Shown: one piece after another, positions 11,177 to 23,578 of the stretch | Layout: the number at the start of each line of letters is the position of its first letter | Numbering within the stretch: position 1 is the first letter of the stretch | Source of the DNA: Cladosporium halotolerans | Lineage: Eukaryota | DNA length: 32,071 nucleotides | Assembly (NCBI RefSeq): GCF_011745625.1 | Contig: NW_027191462.1 | Coordinates: forward strand, 620,001-652,071 | Direction: 5' to 3' | Program-made: the position numbers and the translations under genes | The notes under the pieces: generated by a model | What the model was told of the DNA's origin: nothing | Database searches by the model: none | The model's input: the letters and a program-made list of their open reading frames with translations, nothing else

Positions 11177-12851
11177 TTAACGCCTTCCTCCGCCAGTGCT
11201 GGGGCTGCGGGCAAGGTCGATGCTGCTCCGCACACTGTCCATGCTCGGACGCAAAGAGCTTGAACTGGATCGGCGGCGGCGCTGGCGCTCTTCCTCCGGA
11301 TCTTTGGGCGATAGTCCGCTTGCGCGGGCAAAGAGGTTCAGGACGTCGGTCAGACTGACGACGCCCGTGAGACGACCGCTCAGGTTTTGGCCGGGGAGCT
11401 GAGCGGCGGAAACAGCAGCGCCGGGGCCGGTGCCTGCGGCCACCGTGCCTGGTGTTGTCATGTGCGTCGCTTCGTCGACTGCTGGTGGCCGTGATGCCTG
11501 TGATTGCGTGCTTGGGGTTCCACCGTGCGGAGTCACAGCTTGGAAGCCAGGGCTTGGTGGGACGGATCCGGCCGGCGATGGGGATTCGACAATCCACATG
11601 CGGTGTGAGCGAGTGGCGCAGAGTTTGGCGACTGTGTGGGCGAGGGTGCTGAAGGGCGTCACGTGGAAGACGGGGTATGAGTCCTGACCGTCGTTGAGGC
11701 CGCGTTCGGAGAGGATGATAGAGATGAAATGGATGCAGCTGGAACTGAGGAGAGGGATGGATGAGCTGTCTGTGAGCAGCTGCGAAAATCACGTCAACGC
11801 GAGTTTCACATACGATTACGAGATGAATGGAGCTTACCTTGACGTCCACATGGCTGATGTTACCGATAACGTTCTTATGGTTATCGAGCACGGGTAGACT
11901 TGTGATGCCCTCGGCGTGCATGAGCAGGAGGGCATCCTTCAGTGGGCGGTCTCCGTTGATGGACACAACAACCTTTGCCCCGAGCTTGAGCTCTTGCAAT
12001 GGGCGGGAATACAAGGCTTCTGTGGCCGAAAAATTCTGGTGATTCTCCCAGAAGAACCTCACAAGGCGCAGCTGACTGACAATGCCTACAACTTCTGATG
12101 TACCTTCTTTACAGATGATCAGTCGGTGTGAACCACCGCCTAGCACTTCCATGGCCTGGGTGAGGTCTGCGGTGTGAGGCAAGAAGGCAGGCATCTCGCG
12201 GGCTCCAAGGTGGTCGAGCAGGTCGGCCATGGGGATAGCTTGGCCAGCGCGAGCGCGGTCGGAGAGGTGCTGAGCACTTTCATCGGGCAGTGACAGGCCT
12301 AGCACGAGCAGAAGGTATGCATTGAGGTCCGAGTAGTCAAATGTCCCAATGGCCGTCCGAGTCTTTGTGGACTCACGCACTAGAACCAAGTTGGGAGCTC
12401 CAGACTTGATCAACAGCTTGGTTGTATCCTCAATGCTGGTGTCCATCTCGACGAAGCGCACCTCGGCCGGGTCGATGATCTCGCTGACCTGGATCTGGCG
12501 CCAGTCGCGCCCTCTGAAGCGCGCATCATCTCCATTCGCCTTCGCGGGCGGATTCATCAGGAGCTCGGCCAAGGCGTGGCTGGAGAAGGAGGGTGGTCGC
12601 TGGGTGCGCGGAGAGGGAGGGTAGTTGCGCAGGTTCTCGGCGAAGCTGGAGCGGTGGGAGACGGCGGGCGAGCGGGAGGCCTCTTTGCGCGGCGTGCCGA
12701 GCGGGGTGTTGGAGGTGGTGGAGATGGCGGAGGAGGAGGCGGTCGAGGTGTTGGCGGGCTTCAGCAAGGGAGACGGGCGGTTTCGCGAGCTGTCGGCGTT
12801 GGACGACGAGGTCGGCCTCGACGAGGAAGCAGCCGGGATGGGCTGCGCCAT
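11177..12851 (-). CDS. SDS23: SDS23/Moc1 CBS-domain protein, ~538 aa
   Basis: Exons 12851-11838 and 11779-11177. Motifs TFDYSDLNAYLLLV, GIVSQLRLVRFFWEN, IGNISHVDVK|LLT, YPVFHVTPFSTLAHTVAKL.ATRSHRMWIV, GRLTGVVSLTDVLNLFAR. Confidence 0.9.
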
Positions 12852-13731
12852 TGACACGGAAGGCGCGACGGGCGCGTCGGTGCACGTGACGGAGGAAGTG
12901 AATGGGACAGACGAAGCTTAAGATGCTGAGGATAAAGCGATACCAGGCTGCGACGGCACACCTTGGGGTCTCTCAGCGAAGCCGGCAGCAGCAGTAGCAG
13001 CAGAGGGTTCGCAGGATGTTTAGGCTCAGCTGGCTGCGTGCGGCGTGGTGAGCAATGATCGCCGCCAAGCACTCGCGCCCCGCAGTCGCCGTTGCTCTCC
13101 CCACCATGAGCCTCAAAGCGCCGTGGGCGAGATGAATGAGTCGCTCATGAGTCGCCGACGATTCATCAATAATAATGAGAAGTAAGTATTCACCCGCTTG
13201 TCAGTCCATCAGCCTTTCCCACCAAGCCCCAGGAACACGAACACAGAAGCAGCGTCAGCTCAGCCCATGGGAAACATATATCGCCGGCCTCTCGCCGGCC
13301 GCCGCCTCAGCCGTGACGCCTCGCTCTCGTAGGGCGTGGGGCTCCACGCGCATGCCCTGCAGCTTACACGCGTAGCCCGAAGTCTGGAACAAAAAAGACA
13401 TCAGGTGATGGGCGGTGACTCGAAACAGCTGCTGACAAACATTTCACTTTTATCCTCAGCATTGCTCATCGTTGCCTTGGCCCGCAACCTTGTGCCTGCT
13501 CGTAGCCATTGGATTGTTAATCACGAAGGACACTCATAATACTCTCGTTTACTGTAATTCTCGCACCAGAACACAGGCAACATTCCTGCCAGTCTGATCA
13601 GCCTCAACCCCAAAACAGGCAATACACTTGCCGTTCTGATAAGGCGCCTCACCTTCGAAACACGTAGGCTTCGTGCCAACAGCGCCTCGCAAGCACATTC
13701 AAAATTAAAACACACATCACTTCCACCCACA

Positions 13732-14391
13732 ATGTCCCTCCCAGACGTCTACCGCCTAGCCCACACCGCCGAGTGCCGCCTGGAAATGGCCGCCGGCAAA
13801 CCCGACCGCAACTTGCGCTTCGTCGTCGGCCACCTCATGCACTACGAGTCCCTGCGCCTGCGCATCGTCGAAATCGAGCACGACATCGGCAAGTCGCAGC
13901 GAGCTCGCGCCGTGCAATTCCAGGGTGCAGGAGAGCTCCGAAAACAGCCTTCCACTGGCCAGTTGCGGCGCAGGTCCCCGCCACCACCACCAGCGGATTC
14001 TAGGGATGGCCATATTCCGGGCCTGGATGATGACGAAGAAGCCCAGCTGTCCGATAGCGACGAGGACGACGAGGAGCTTGGCTTGCAGCGCTTCCCTTCC
14101 GGCAGCGCGAGGCCACCACCTCTGGAGCCGGACGTCGGCGACGATGAGGATGACGAAGAGCCTGAATCGCCGGAATCGCCCGAGGAACCTGATCAAGCGA
14201 TCCTCGAGCAAGCGATGAAGGGCGAAAGCAACGAGCTCCTGGCACAGTACTACAACAAGATGCGCAAATGTCCATGCCATGGCAAGACTGAGACCGCGGA
14301 GGGGTTTGAACGCGTGTGGGAGTTGCCACCTGGGAAGGACGATAAAGAGGGCGTAACGAGGGTGGTGGCGGAAATCCGCGCGAAAGGTTGA
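13732..14391 (+). CDS. Hypothetical protein with ECM13-like N-terminus and acidic low-complexity region, 219 aa
   Basis: Single ORF with C-rich codon bias. N-terminal YRLAHTAECRLEMAAGKPDRNLRFVVGH resembles the recalled Ecm13-family motif (Y.LAH.A..KL......D..LR.LVGH). Confidence 0.7.
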   Translation: MSLPDVYRLAHTAECRLEMAAGKPDRNLRFVVGHLMHYESLRLRIVEIEHDIGKSQRARAVQFQGAGELRKQPSTGQLRRRSPPPPPADSRDGHIPGLDDDEEAQLSDSDEDDEELGLQRFPSGSARPPPLEPDVGDDEDDEEPESPESPEEPDQAILEQAMKGESNELLAQYYNKMRKCPCHGKTETAEGFERVWELPPGKDDKEGVTRVVAEIRAKG

Positions 14392-15055
14392 AATGAGAAA
14401 GCCCTGCGAGTGACGAGCGAGCTGTCGCGATCAGACGCCCTAAGGCTATCATGAAACGCCGAACGATACGATGCCTTCCAGACTGGAGCTGCTACGACTT
14501 TACGATACCTCTAATGAGACGACGAGGGAGAAACAAAGGGATCTCGCCGAGCCAGTCGGCGATGATTCCTTGTTCTCAAGAAGATGCGATGACGGCGAGA
14601 GACCGCAGTGTTGATGCAGCCATTAAGAGAGGCTAGCAAGAATTTGCAGGCTTGACCGAATGCACAGGCGCGGCCATGGAAAGCCAAAAAGCAGGGTCGC
14701 ACATTCGCCTTGAGACAGGCTTTGGCAGGAATAATGTACATTACATGCTTTCTAGTAGCTTGAAAGTACCCGCTCTCGCCACCATTGAACTCATTTTCGC
14801 GTTCCCACTTCTAGCTGTTTTTTGGCATGTGCCAAAAAACTTCCGCGAATGCTTTAGCGTCGAAGCTGATAGTCATTAAATGTTGTGAGCTCCAACAGGT
14901 TTGATTAGTCTTTTTGGAACCCTCTTCTTGTAAGCGGGTGGCGAAGGTGAGCAATTTGGGACGGCAGGACGCTATGTGGATAGCCAAGCTGGTGTAAGCA
15001 TCCTCAAATAATTTATACAAATATCTACCAGTAGAAATACAAGGGCTTGCTACCT

Positions 15056-16609
15056 TCAGCAATCGCAGCGTCCATACCACCTCGGGAAGGCGACCACATC
15101 TCGCAAATTCGCCACGCCAGACAGGTAGCACAAGAGCCGATCAAACCCTAGACCGAACCCACCATGCGGAACGCTGCCATACTTGCGCAGATCTTGATAC
15201 CACTCCAGACCCGCGACGCCTTTGGCATTCATGGTTTCCAGTAGCTCTTTCGAGCGATGCTCGCGCATGGACCCACCCACGAGCTCGCATAAATCAGGCA
15301 CAAGCAAGTCGAAGCAGGCGACGGTAGAGCTTCCTGTCGCAGACGGAGACATGTAGAAGGGTTTCTGCTCCGCTGGGTAGTCGGTCACGAACACCGGGGA
15401 GCCATTGCCGACTGTGCTTGCAATGTAACGTTCATGTTCTGCCGCTAGGCCTTCTGTATACGAAGGAGCGTGCTCAAAGCGAACTTGCTCCTCTTCTTGC
15501 GCGGTGGTCAACAGATGCATGGCGCTGTCGTAAGTGATGCGGGGCCAGTATGATGCTCGAAGTCCTTTCCAGCGTTTGTCAAGAGATGCTGAGTCCACGT
15601 GGCTGTCGCCTTCGTCCGCAGCGGCGGTGCCCCTGCTCTGCAGCAGCTCCCTGTAAAGCTTGGAGTCCAGTGTGTCTGTTGCCACGTATCGAAGCATGTT
15701 CTCGATGAGATCCATGATTTGGTTGGCGTCGTCAACAAAACATTGCTCTGCTTCTAGCATGTAGAACTCTGACAGGTGACGAGGCGTGTCACTCTTTTCA
15801 GCGCGAAAGGTGGGCGAGAGAGTCCACACCTTGTCGACGGCTTGCGCCAGGGCTTCAAGGTGTAGTTGAGCGGAGACGGTGAGGTATTTGGGCTCGCGGA
15901 AAAAGTGCTCTACCTTAGCCTCACCCTCGGGCTTAGCCTTCTGCGTAGCATCCTTGGAGGCATTAGACGAAATGGTAAAGACCTCGCCAGCCCCTTCGCA
16001 GTCTGATGAAGTGATGATTGGCGTGTGCGTCTGAACGAAGCCTTGATCGCTGAAGAATCGAGTCAAACTGGCGATGACTCTGGATCTGAGCTGGAGAAGA
16101 ATCGCATTGTTTGGGATGCGGGATCTTAGATGAGGCACCGTGCGGAGAAAGTCTGGCGTCTGATACTTTGGCTGGATCGGGTTGTTCTCAGCGTCGTTCT
16201 CGCCTAGAACGGACACACTTGACACCTGGAGTTCGTGGCTTTGCTTGCTACCATGAGACTTGACCCAGGCACCTTGCAGCTTCACAGCTGTGCCGGTAGA
16301 GAGGCTTGTTCAAATTAGTATGCATCGCTCGACTGTCACTACTGTGGTGTCTTACTGCTCGGCCTGCTCAGGCTTCAGGACAGCCTGCAAAGAGTCGAGC
16401 GTCGACCCGTCTCCCAATGCGGCAAATGCAATCTTCTTCTGCTTCCGCACAGATCGAACCCATCCGGTCACCTGCGCGTTGTCGACGGGCTCTTCCCGGC
16501 CCAGGATTGCGGCAATGCCGCTTCTCCCACTTTGCGCAGCATTCGACGCATATCTGGCGCTCTGCCTAAGCGACCGCGCCGGGCATCGAACAGACCGCCA
16601 TGCCCTCAT
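15056..16609 (-). CDS. SLM5: Mitochondrial asparaginyl-tRNA synthetase, ~500 aa
   Basis: Exons 16609-16356 and 16304-15056 (51-nt intron ending AAG). Arg/Ser-rich presequence MRAWRSVRCPARSLRQSARYAS; OB fold GWVRSVRKQK; class II motifs TPIITSSDCEGAGEVF, LTVSAQLHLE, FRAEKSDTPRHLSEFYMLE, PHGGFGLGFDRLL. Confidence 0.93.
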
Positions 16610-16926
16610 CTCCTGCCTCGGGCGAGTGACAAGCTCACGCGTGCGGATGCTGGTCACGTGGGTGGTATCTCAAGACATAGAGCCCAGCGCCCTGAGACGC
16701 GGCGTCGTGTGGCGCAGATCTCCATGGATTTAGGGTTGGCGCGCGCCGCCCTCCCGCAACCCAAACTACGTCACGCCTAAGGAAACTGCGCCATCGCCCG
16801 CCGCATCTGTACCAACATCCCGCCGTTGTGCGATCAGCACCCCTGCCACAACCACCGCCACGCCTCTCTCCACAACAAGCTCGCGCCCACGGCGAGAGGG
16901 CATGCTGCCACCCACACTCCGCCATC
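16610..16926. promoter_or_regulatory. Probable bidirectional promoter between mitochondrial AsnRS and the AAA ATPase
   Basis: Only 317 bp separate two divergent ATGs. The spacer is GC-rich and contains TCACGTG and TTAGGG motifs; binding function is not established. Confidence 0.5.
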
Positions 16927-19709
16927 ATGAATCTGAGGAAGGCGCCGGCGTCGTCTATGCAGAAGACCTACGATGAGTGCTATCTGACCTGTTCAACCGC
17001 AATCTATTTTGAGGGCCAGGTGGGTCGTGCCTCTGACCAAGGCAGACATCCCCCGCCATTGACTCTGCACTTCGCTGACACTCCTTCCGTCGCAACAGAA
17101 TAACGAGGCTCAAGCGCTCCGCTCATGGCAAGAGGCACTCGACCAGATCTACTACCACAATGCCTACCGCGTGCCTTCCAGCTATGTCCCCAGAACCGAG
17201 ACGGAGAAGGCGCTGCAGGACTCGCTGCGGAGTATGGAGATGCAGTGCAAAGAACGCGTGGACTTGCTGCAGACCTTGAAGAAGAGTAGGGAAGACGTCA
17301 CAGATGAGTTGAAGGCCGCAGCAGGGCCAGAGGGACCGTCCAGACTGCGGAAAGAATCGCCCGCTGGTACGCCGAAGCCATCTGCAGACCGACCAACCTG
17401 GCTTGGAGGTGACACCGTTCCACCTGCGACTTACTCGGACATTCCTCGACCTTCGCCTCCAGTCTCGCGACCGCCGGTCCAGCCGCCAAGGCCAAGCTAC
17501 ACTGCCAAAAAGAGCTCAAGCGACGTGGCTCCTCGAGCCAACAGTCTACAGAACAATTCTAGCGCTGGTCTGGTTCCGCCTGGCGATAGTTCGCGGAGAG
17601 GATCTAGGACACCTAGCCCTGAGAAGAAAGGCGGGATGCTTAAAACGTTGCGGAAGGAAGGCAAGGAGAGGAAGGGGTCTTCCAGTGGGAAAATGATCAC
17701 TACGTTGCGTGGTAAGGCGCCTGCTGCTGCCGCTTCTGCCGCCACCCAAGTCTGGACGGGACAACGCCCCAGTATCGGAAACGCTGAGCAGTCGCAGGCT
17801 GCTGCTAACGGCAGCACTCCTCCGATCGCGACAAACACAACGTGGGACCCTTACACCCGCTCTCTTGTCGAAGGAAAGCCCACCCGGCACTCTTTCGATT
17901 TACCGGAGCGGAGAACGTCCGACAATCAATTCGCCAGGCCCCCAAGTCCCAGAGATCAGCTCAAGACACGGCATAGTAATACTTCCCTTGAGGGCACGCA
18001 AAGGTCGAAACCCTCATCAACGCCTCTTCCGTATCCGGACTACCCTCCTCAGACGAATCCGCTCGCAAGAGAAGCATTCTCACGGAGCGAGGAATCCCTC
18101 GAACGGACCAAGCCACCACCGCCTCCTCCGCCGCACAAGACACCTTTGTCCCCTCCGCCAGCGATTGGTAGGAAGCCAGCAGCACCGCGTACCCTTGCAC
18201 AGGCGGGTCCTTCACAGCCAATGCCTTACCTAAGAGAATATCCGAATCACCCCCCTGCAAATCCCCGAAAGCCGCCAGAGGTGGCGATTCAACAAGCTGC
18301 AAATCTGGCTGTCACGGAGAATTCTGCTGGTTTCAGACGACCTGGATTGCAGAGTCGGCCGACACCGCCAGTCCCGCGGAAAGCAGTTGCGAGAGCTGCT
18401 GGCGTCGTTAGCGCCACTGCTCAACGGCAAAAGCTCGATAGTCTGCAAGCTAGCCTTGAGGACAGGAAGCAAGCCGACCCGAACAATGCTTTAGGAATCG
18501 GAACTTCTGAATCTAGTACACCTGTCAGAAGAGCTGCGCCCAAGGTCAAGGCAAAGAATATACCTACCAAGACCATCACCCCGCCAGCCAGCGACGAATC
18601 GCCGGAGTCCGATGAAGCCGCCGAAAATGGCTCTAATGCTATATCGAATGAGCAACAAGAATGGGACGAAAGGATCAAGCGCATAATGAAGAACCTCCCG
18701 AAAGGCGTTGACGAAGCGGCCGCGAAGCAAATCTTCAACGAGATTGTCATCAAAGGGGATGAGGTTCACTGGGATGATGTCGCGGGATTGGAAATCGCGA
18801 AAAGTGCTCTCAAGGAAACTGTGGTCTACCCCTTCCTTCGTCCGGATCTCTTCATGGGTCTTCGCGAACCAGCACGTGGTATGCTTCTCTTCGGCCCGCC
18901 TGGTACTGGTAAAACAATGTTGGCCCGCGCCGTCGCTACGGAGAGTAAGAGCATCTTCTTTGCCATCTCTGCTAGCAGCCTGACAAGCAAATTCCTCGGC
19001 GAGAGTGAAAAACTCGTCCGCGCCCTTTTCGCGATTGCCAAAGAATTGGCGCCCAGCATTATCTTTGTTGACGAGATTGACTCGTTGCTCGGCTCGCGCG
19101 GCGGCAGCTCCGAGCACGAAGCTACCCGCCGCATCAAGACTGAGTTTTTGATCCAGTGGTCCGACTTGCAGAAGGCTGCTGCTGGCCGTGAGGAACGCGA
19201 CAAGGAGAAGGGCGACGCAAGTCGCGTGTTGGTGCTCGCTGCGACGAACTTGCCCTGGGCGATCGACGAGGCTGCCCGCCGCCGATTTGTCCGCAGGCAA
19301 TATATTCCCCTACCCGAAGATTGGGTACGAGAGCAACAGTTGCGCACCTTGCTGGCAGCACAAAAACACGACATGCATGACCGCGAATTGGCTGAGCTGG
19401 TGCAGTTGACTGATGGTAGGTGGACGAATTCTGTTTTACCCACGGTCGGAAATGCCACAACGACAAGTGCTAATTCGACACCTTACAGGTTTCTCCGGCT
19501 CTGACATCACCGCCCTCGCCAAAGATGCCGCCATGGGCCCTCTGCGCTCCCTCGGTGAGAAGTTGCTGCATATGTCGCCTGAGGACATCCGGCCCATTGG
19601 CATGCAGGATTTCCGTGCCAGTCTGACCAACATCCGTCCCAGTGTCAGCAAACAGGGCTTGAAAGAGTTTGAGGACTGGGCGCGGGAGTTTGGTGAGAGA
19701 GGTGGCTAG
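16927..19709 (+). CDS. Spastin/fidgetin-like AAA+ ATPase (Sap1/Yta6 family) with MIT-like N-terminus and Vps4_C-type end, ~876 aa
   Basis: Exons 16927-17019, 17099-19415, 19489-19709. Walker A GPPGTGKT, Walker [44 protein letters not shown]...FEDWAREFG. Confidence 0.92.
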
Positions 19710-20258
19710 TTCTTGTTGCATGGTGAATCTCCTCCCTTCTCCTTATACATTTTGATCTAACGAATGCGTGACGGTCTTTGGGGCACGCTTGTTGTTTGGG
19801 AATGGTGCTTCGAGCGGACTCTTTTGATTTCGCGGATATTCGGCATGGTCTCTGGAATGGTGTATTCTGTATAGGACGAGGATGCTGTCATGATCTGCGA
19901 TCTGGACGATGGACGGTTCTTTCACGGTGGAACGGGTTTGACTAGCGTTGCATATCATGAGCGTCCTTTTTTTATGGCGCAATTCCCTTTTAACGCACGA
20001 ATGATATTGTCTAAGTTCACACATTGGCAAAAATGGCACGGGGTTCTTCCACCCCATATTGATTTGTTAGCCTCGTGCGATACTCGAACCGGCGTGTGTA
20101 GTCTCGCTCGGTTTCTAACAATACTTTGCCTAGCGCTTGCGCCAAGCCAAGAGTTCTCGCAACCTGGCCGTCAAGATACTGCAAATGCCGGCTCCGCATA
20201 CCAGAGCAGAGTGTACAGACCGAACTCGCTCTTCCAGACCTACAAGAATCAAGAAAAC

Positions 20259-20703
20259 ATGCCAATTTTACAGCAGTTTTCGCTTCCCGACTCGCTCGAC
20301 GATCTCAACGTGCCCGAAGGCACCGAGTCGGGTTTTTTCATCGCCTTCCTCGCTTCTGAGGATCCCGCAACGCGGAACCCATGGTGCCCTGACGTCGTGG
20401 CCGCTCTGCCTGTTCTCAAGAAGACCTTTTCTGCAGAAAGCACTCCCGTAGTGGCCTTTGTTGAAGTGGGACAAAAGCCAGAGTACGTAGCCTACTGACC
20501 GAAAACTCGCTCTGTTGGCATCGGCTGACTCCGAGTTCAGATGGAGAGACCCGAACAATGTCTTTCGGATAAAGTGGAACATTAACAGCGTGCCGACACT
20601 TGCTCGGTACGAGAAGGTTGGTGGGAAAATGCAGGAGGTCGGGCGCTTGGTTGAAGGTGAAATACTGGATGATGTGCGACTTCAGAAACTCGGAGCTTCA
20701 TGA
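20259..20703 (+). CDS. TRP14/TXNDC17-like thioredoxin-fold protein (DUF953), ~128 aa
   Basis: Exons 20259-20482 and 20541-20703. Motifs PWCPDV, VEVGQKPE|WRDPNNVFR, SVPTL, RLVEGE. Confidence 0.85.
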
Positions 20704-21321
20704 GTGTCGCAGGCCTGCGAAACTGGCTACACCCTCTTCACTACCTCGGCATTATCGAATGCAAACTTCTGCTCTGAAGCAATGACCGTCGGTCTGCCTT
20801 CGAGTTGCCATGGTATGCGCGTCCTCGGGCGGGTGAAATCTCACGTAGGTGCAAATTCGGGGACGCCCTGTGCAGAATTATTTATTAAATAGCGGAGGCC
20901 CAGGGCGCACTCTGTCTTCGCATTTATCTAGAACCTCATCCCATGTCAGCGGTCTTGTCAGTACGTCGACGGCTTGATTGTTTCATAGACATCTTCCTTC
21001 GGGTAAATAATGAGTTGCTGCCGCTAGATGGACGGCTGTATGCCTAGCGTGGAAGAAAGCTCAGCCGCTCGCTTCAAGCTTTGGACGGAGATCTTAGCGT
21101 TTTCGTAATCGCGTTGTATGATCTGCACTTTGGATGTTGTCTTAACTCGGATCGTGCTAAGGACTTATCCCATTCCCCGCAGGTCCCCAGAATCACCCCA
21201 CAATGGATGGTGGACAGCAAAAGATGACATATCTTCAAAAGGTGGTCAATTCGCTCACCGGAGTTGAATCCAAGGTTGAAGTCAGAGTAGCGGCCGACCC
21301 TAAAAATTGACAACATTGGAA

Positions 21322-23351
21322 ATGAGAATGCGTGGCACGGGACTAATCGCCGCATTATGTGCTGCTGCTCGTACGGTCGCCGTCTCTCTACCACCAAGTA
21401 TTGGTGTCCGCGATGCAGCCCATGACGGTCAAATTGCGAAGCCTGTGATCGACTTAGGAGACGCAGGATTATACAGGGGCATCATCCAAAACAATGGGAC
21501 GTGAGTAAGCACTCAAGACTGATGATCCAATCCGCCAAGCTGACAAACACTTGTCAGCGTCGCCTCATGGAAAGGCATCCCATATGCGAAGCCACCAGTC
21601 GGATCGTTGCGATTCATGCCCCCTGAACCTCTCGGTGAACAATCTACCAACATTGTCGACACTAGCGAGGATGCTCTTCGTTGCGTGCAATTCTCTGGAG
21701 CGTCTTACGGAATTATCAATAGTAACATCGTCGGTGTTAAAGCTGGACCTGGGCAGGAAGACTGTCTGAAACTTTGGATCTGGAAGCCCGTGAATGCCAC
21801 TGCTGAGTCAAAACTTCCAGTAATGTTTTACGTCCACGTACGTTCGAACCCTCACAAGCAAACATGTTTCGCAAAGATAGCTGACCTGTGAATGCCGAGC
21901 GATAGGGAGGTGGATTGCAGTACAGTGCAGCTCCTAACAACGATTTCAGCGACTGGGTCGGCCAAAGCCAGGATTTTATTGCTGTCAATGTTGGCTATCG
22001 CCTTGGTGCTCTGGGATTCATGGGACACACGTCGCTACCTAGCGCTAATGCGGGAATCCTCGACCAAAGGCTTGCTCTGAAATGGCTGAGCCAACATGTA
22101 GCGGCCTTTGGCGGCGATCCGGACAATGTGACCATTATGGGCCAGTCTGGGGGCGGCTACGGAATCGTGTCGCAGATGGCTCTCTACGACGGCGATTCCG
22201 AAGGCTTATTTCAACAGGCCATCCCGCGATCGATCCAACGCGCACCCATGTTCAAGATCGAAGAATTGGAAGATCGCAATGCTGAGTTTGCGAGACTACT
22301 AAATTGCACTTCGGGGCAGGACCAGCTTGACTGTTTCAGAAATGCCACAGTCCAGTCTTTGGTAGATGCGTATGCATCCATCACTAAATTCGAAGCATCA
22401 AGCGGGTAAGAACAGCGCTATTGTCGACTGAGCATGCTGATTAACTCTGCTTACAATGTCAACCCACCAGGATGTTTTCCAACTTAACCTTCGGATCATC
22501 AGCAGCGTTCCTCCCGATGATCGACAACGTTACCCTCACCGACACTATTACGAGACTTTTCCAAAACGGCAGAATTGCAAATGTGTCACTTATCGCAGGT
22601 GCAGTGAACGATGAAGGTGCAAACGCAGTCCCTCGTAACATCACCAGCTTGAACCCAGCCACGAATCAGATTTGGAACCTCACTGCGTCGCAAGTCGAAG
22701 AGGTGGCTGGCAGGTATCCTGTGAACGAGACTTTCGGCTTCGCTAGCCCTGATAGTTTCTTTCTTTCCGAGTTCAAAGCGTACATCCAGTCCTTACACCC
22801 CTTCGGTGAAGCCGGAATAACTGGGTCTGAAAGGGTCGTCGGGCTATACATGGCACAGGCCTTCGGTGCAAACCGTGTCTGGAACTTCCGATTCAACTCT
22901 CCGAGTAAGTCAGTTATGTGCTGAGTCAATTTCTGCATGTTCCATACTGATGCTCCATTCTCCAGCCGTCGGGACAAATTACAGTAACCCGAACTTGCCT
23001 TTGAACTACGTTACACATTCGGCAGACAACTCCTATCTCCAGAATTCCACAGCTGTGATGAAACCGTTTGAGAAGGCCATTGCACATGAGTGGCGCGCTT
23101 ATCTGGGATCGTTCATCCGCACAGGGAACCCAAACAATCAAAAGCTGGCTTCATCACCGGTATGGCACAATTATGGCTTTCTGGGCGATCCTGAGGCTTC
23201 ACCCATGCGCTTGGTGCCACAATTTAACTTTCTGAGCAACCTTGCCTCAGGCGAGCTGACCGGTACGCAAATGGAGGTGGCGCAGAGAGCTCAGATACAG
23301 CGTGAAGACTGGTGGACCACGGATGGGATCTTGGAAGCGACAAGGCTGTAG
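21322..23351 (+). CDS. Secreted type-B carboxylesterase/lipase (COesterase), ~592 aa, 5 exons
   Basis: Exons 21322-21500, 21558-21837, 21906-22405, 22471-22904, 22966-23351 join in frame. Signal-peptide-like N-terminus, GIPYAKPPVGSLRF, EDCL, HGGG oxyanion hole, YRLGALGF, FGGDPDNVTIMGQSGGG nucleophile, NDEG acid, THSAD histidine. Confidence 0.9.
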
Positions 23352-23578
23352 CATGGGGCTGATGAGGGATTACTTTGACCACAGACAATCTGCTGCAGTG
23401 GCTGTGAGGGCCTCTGTGAGCTATAGTTAATGAGTATTTAAACGGGGGCGTTAACACTACTTTGTGGAGCTGTGCTACCAGAATTCGTGCACTGTTCAAT
23501 ATCCAGCATCGCCATGTGTCGCTGATAACCTCCTTAGACCGTGCAAGACTTGTGGGAAGACCCGAAGTAACCCAACTT

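Noticed and set aside
11115..11837. Arg/Pro-rich C-terminus of the 580-aa SDS23 ORF
   Set aside because: Artefact of reading through the 58-nt intron; the conserved SDS23 C-terminus is in the spliced frame ending at 11177.
18491..19458. Long minus-strand ORFs (269 and 210 aa)
   Set aside because: Antisense to the conserved AAA domain; expected from GC-rich codon bias.
19890..20258. Upstream extension of the thioredoxin-like ORF
   Set aside because: No recognisable domain and starts only 180 bp after the AAA ATPase stop; the family-length protein starts at ATG 20259.
21501..21557. TGATGA...CTGA (box C/D-like) inside esterase intron 1
   Set aside because: The motifs are far too close for a snoRNA, and the CTGA is part of the branch point.
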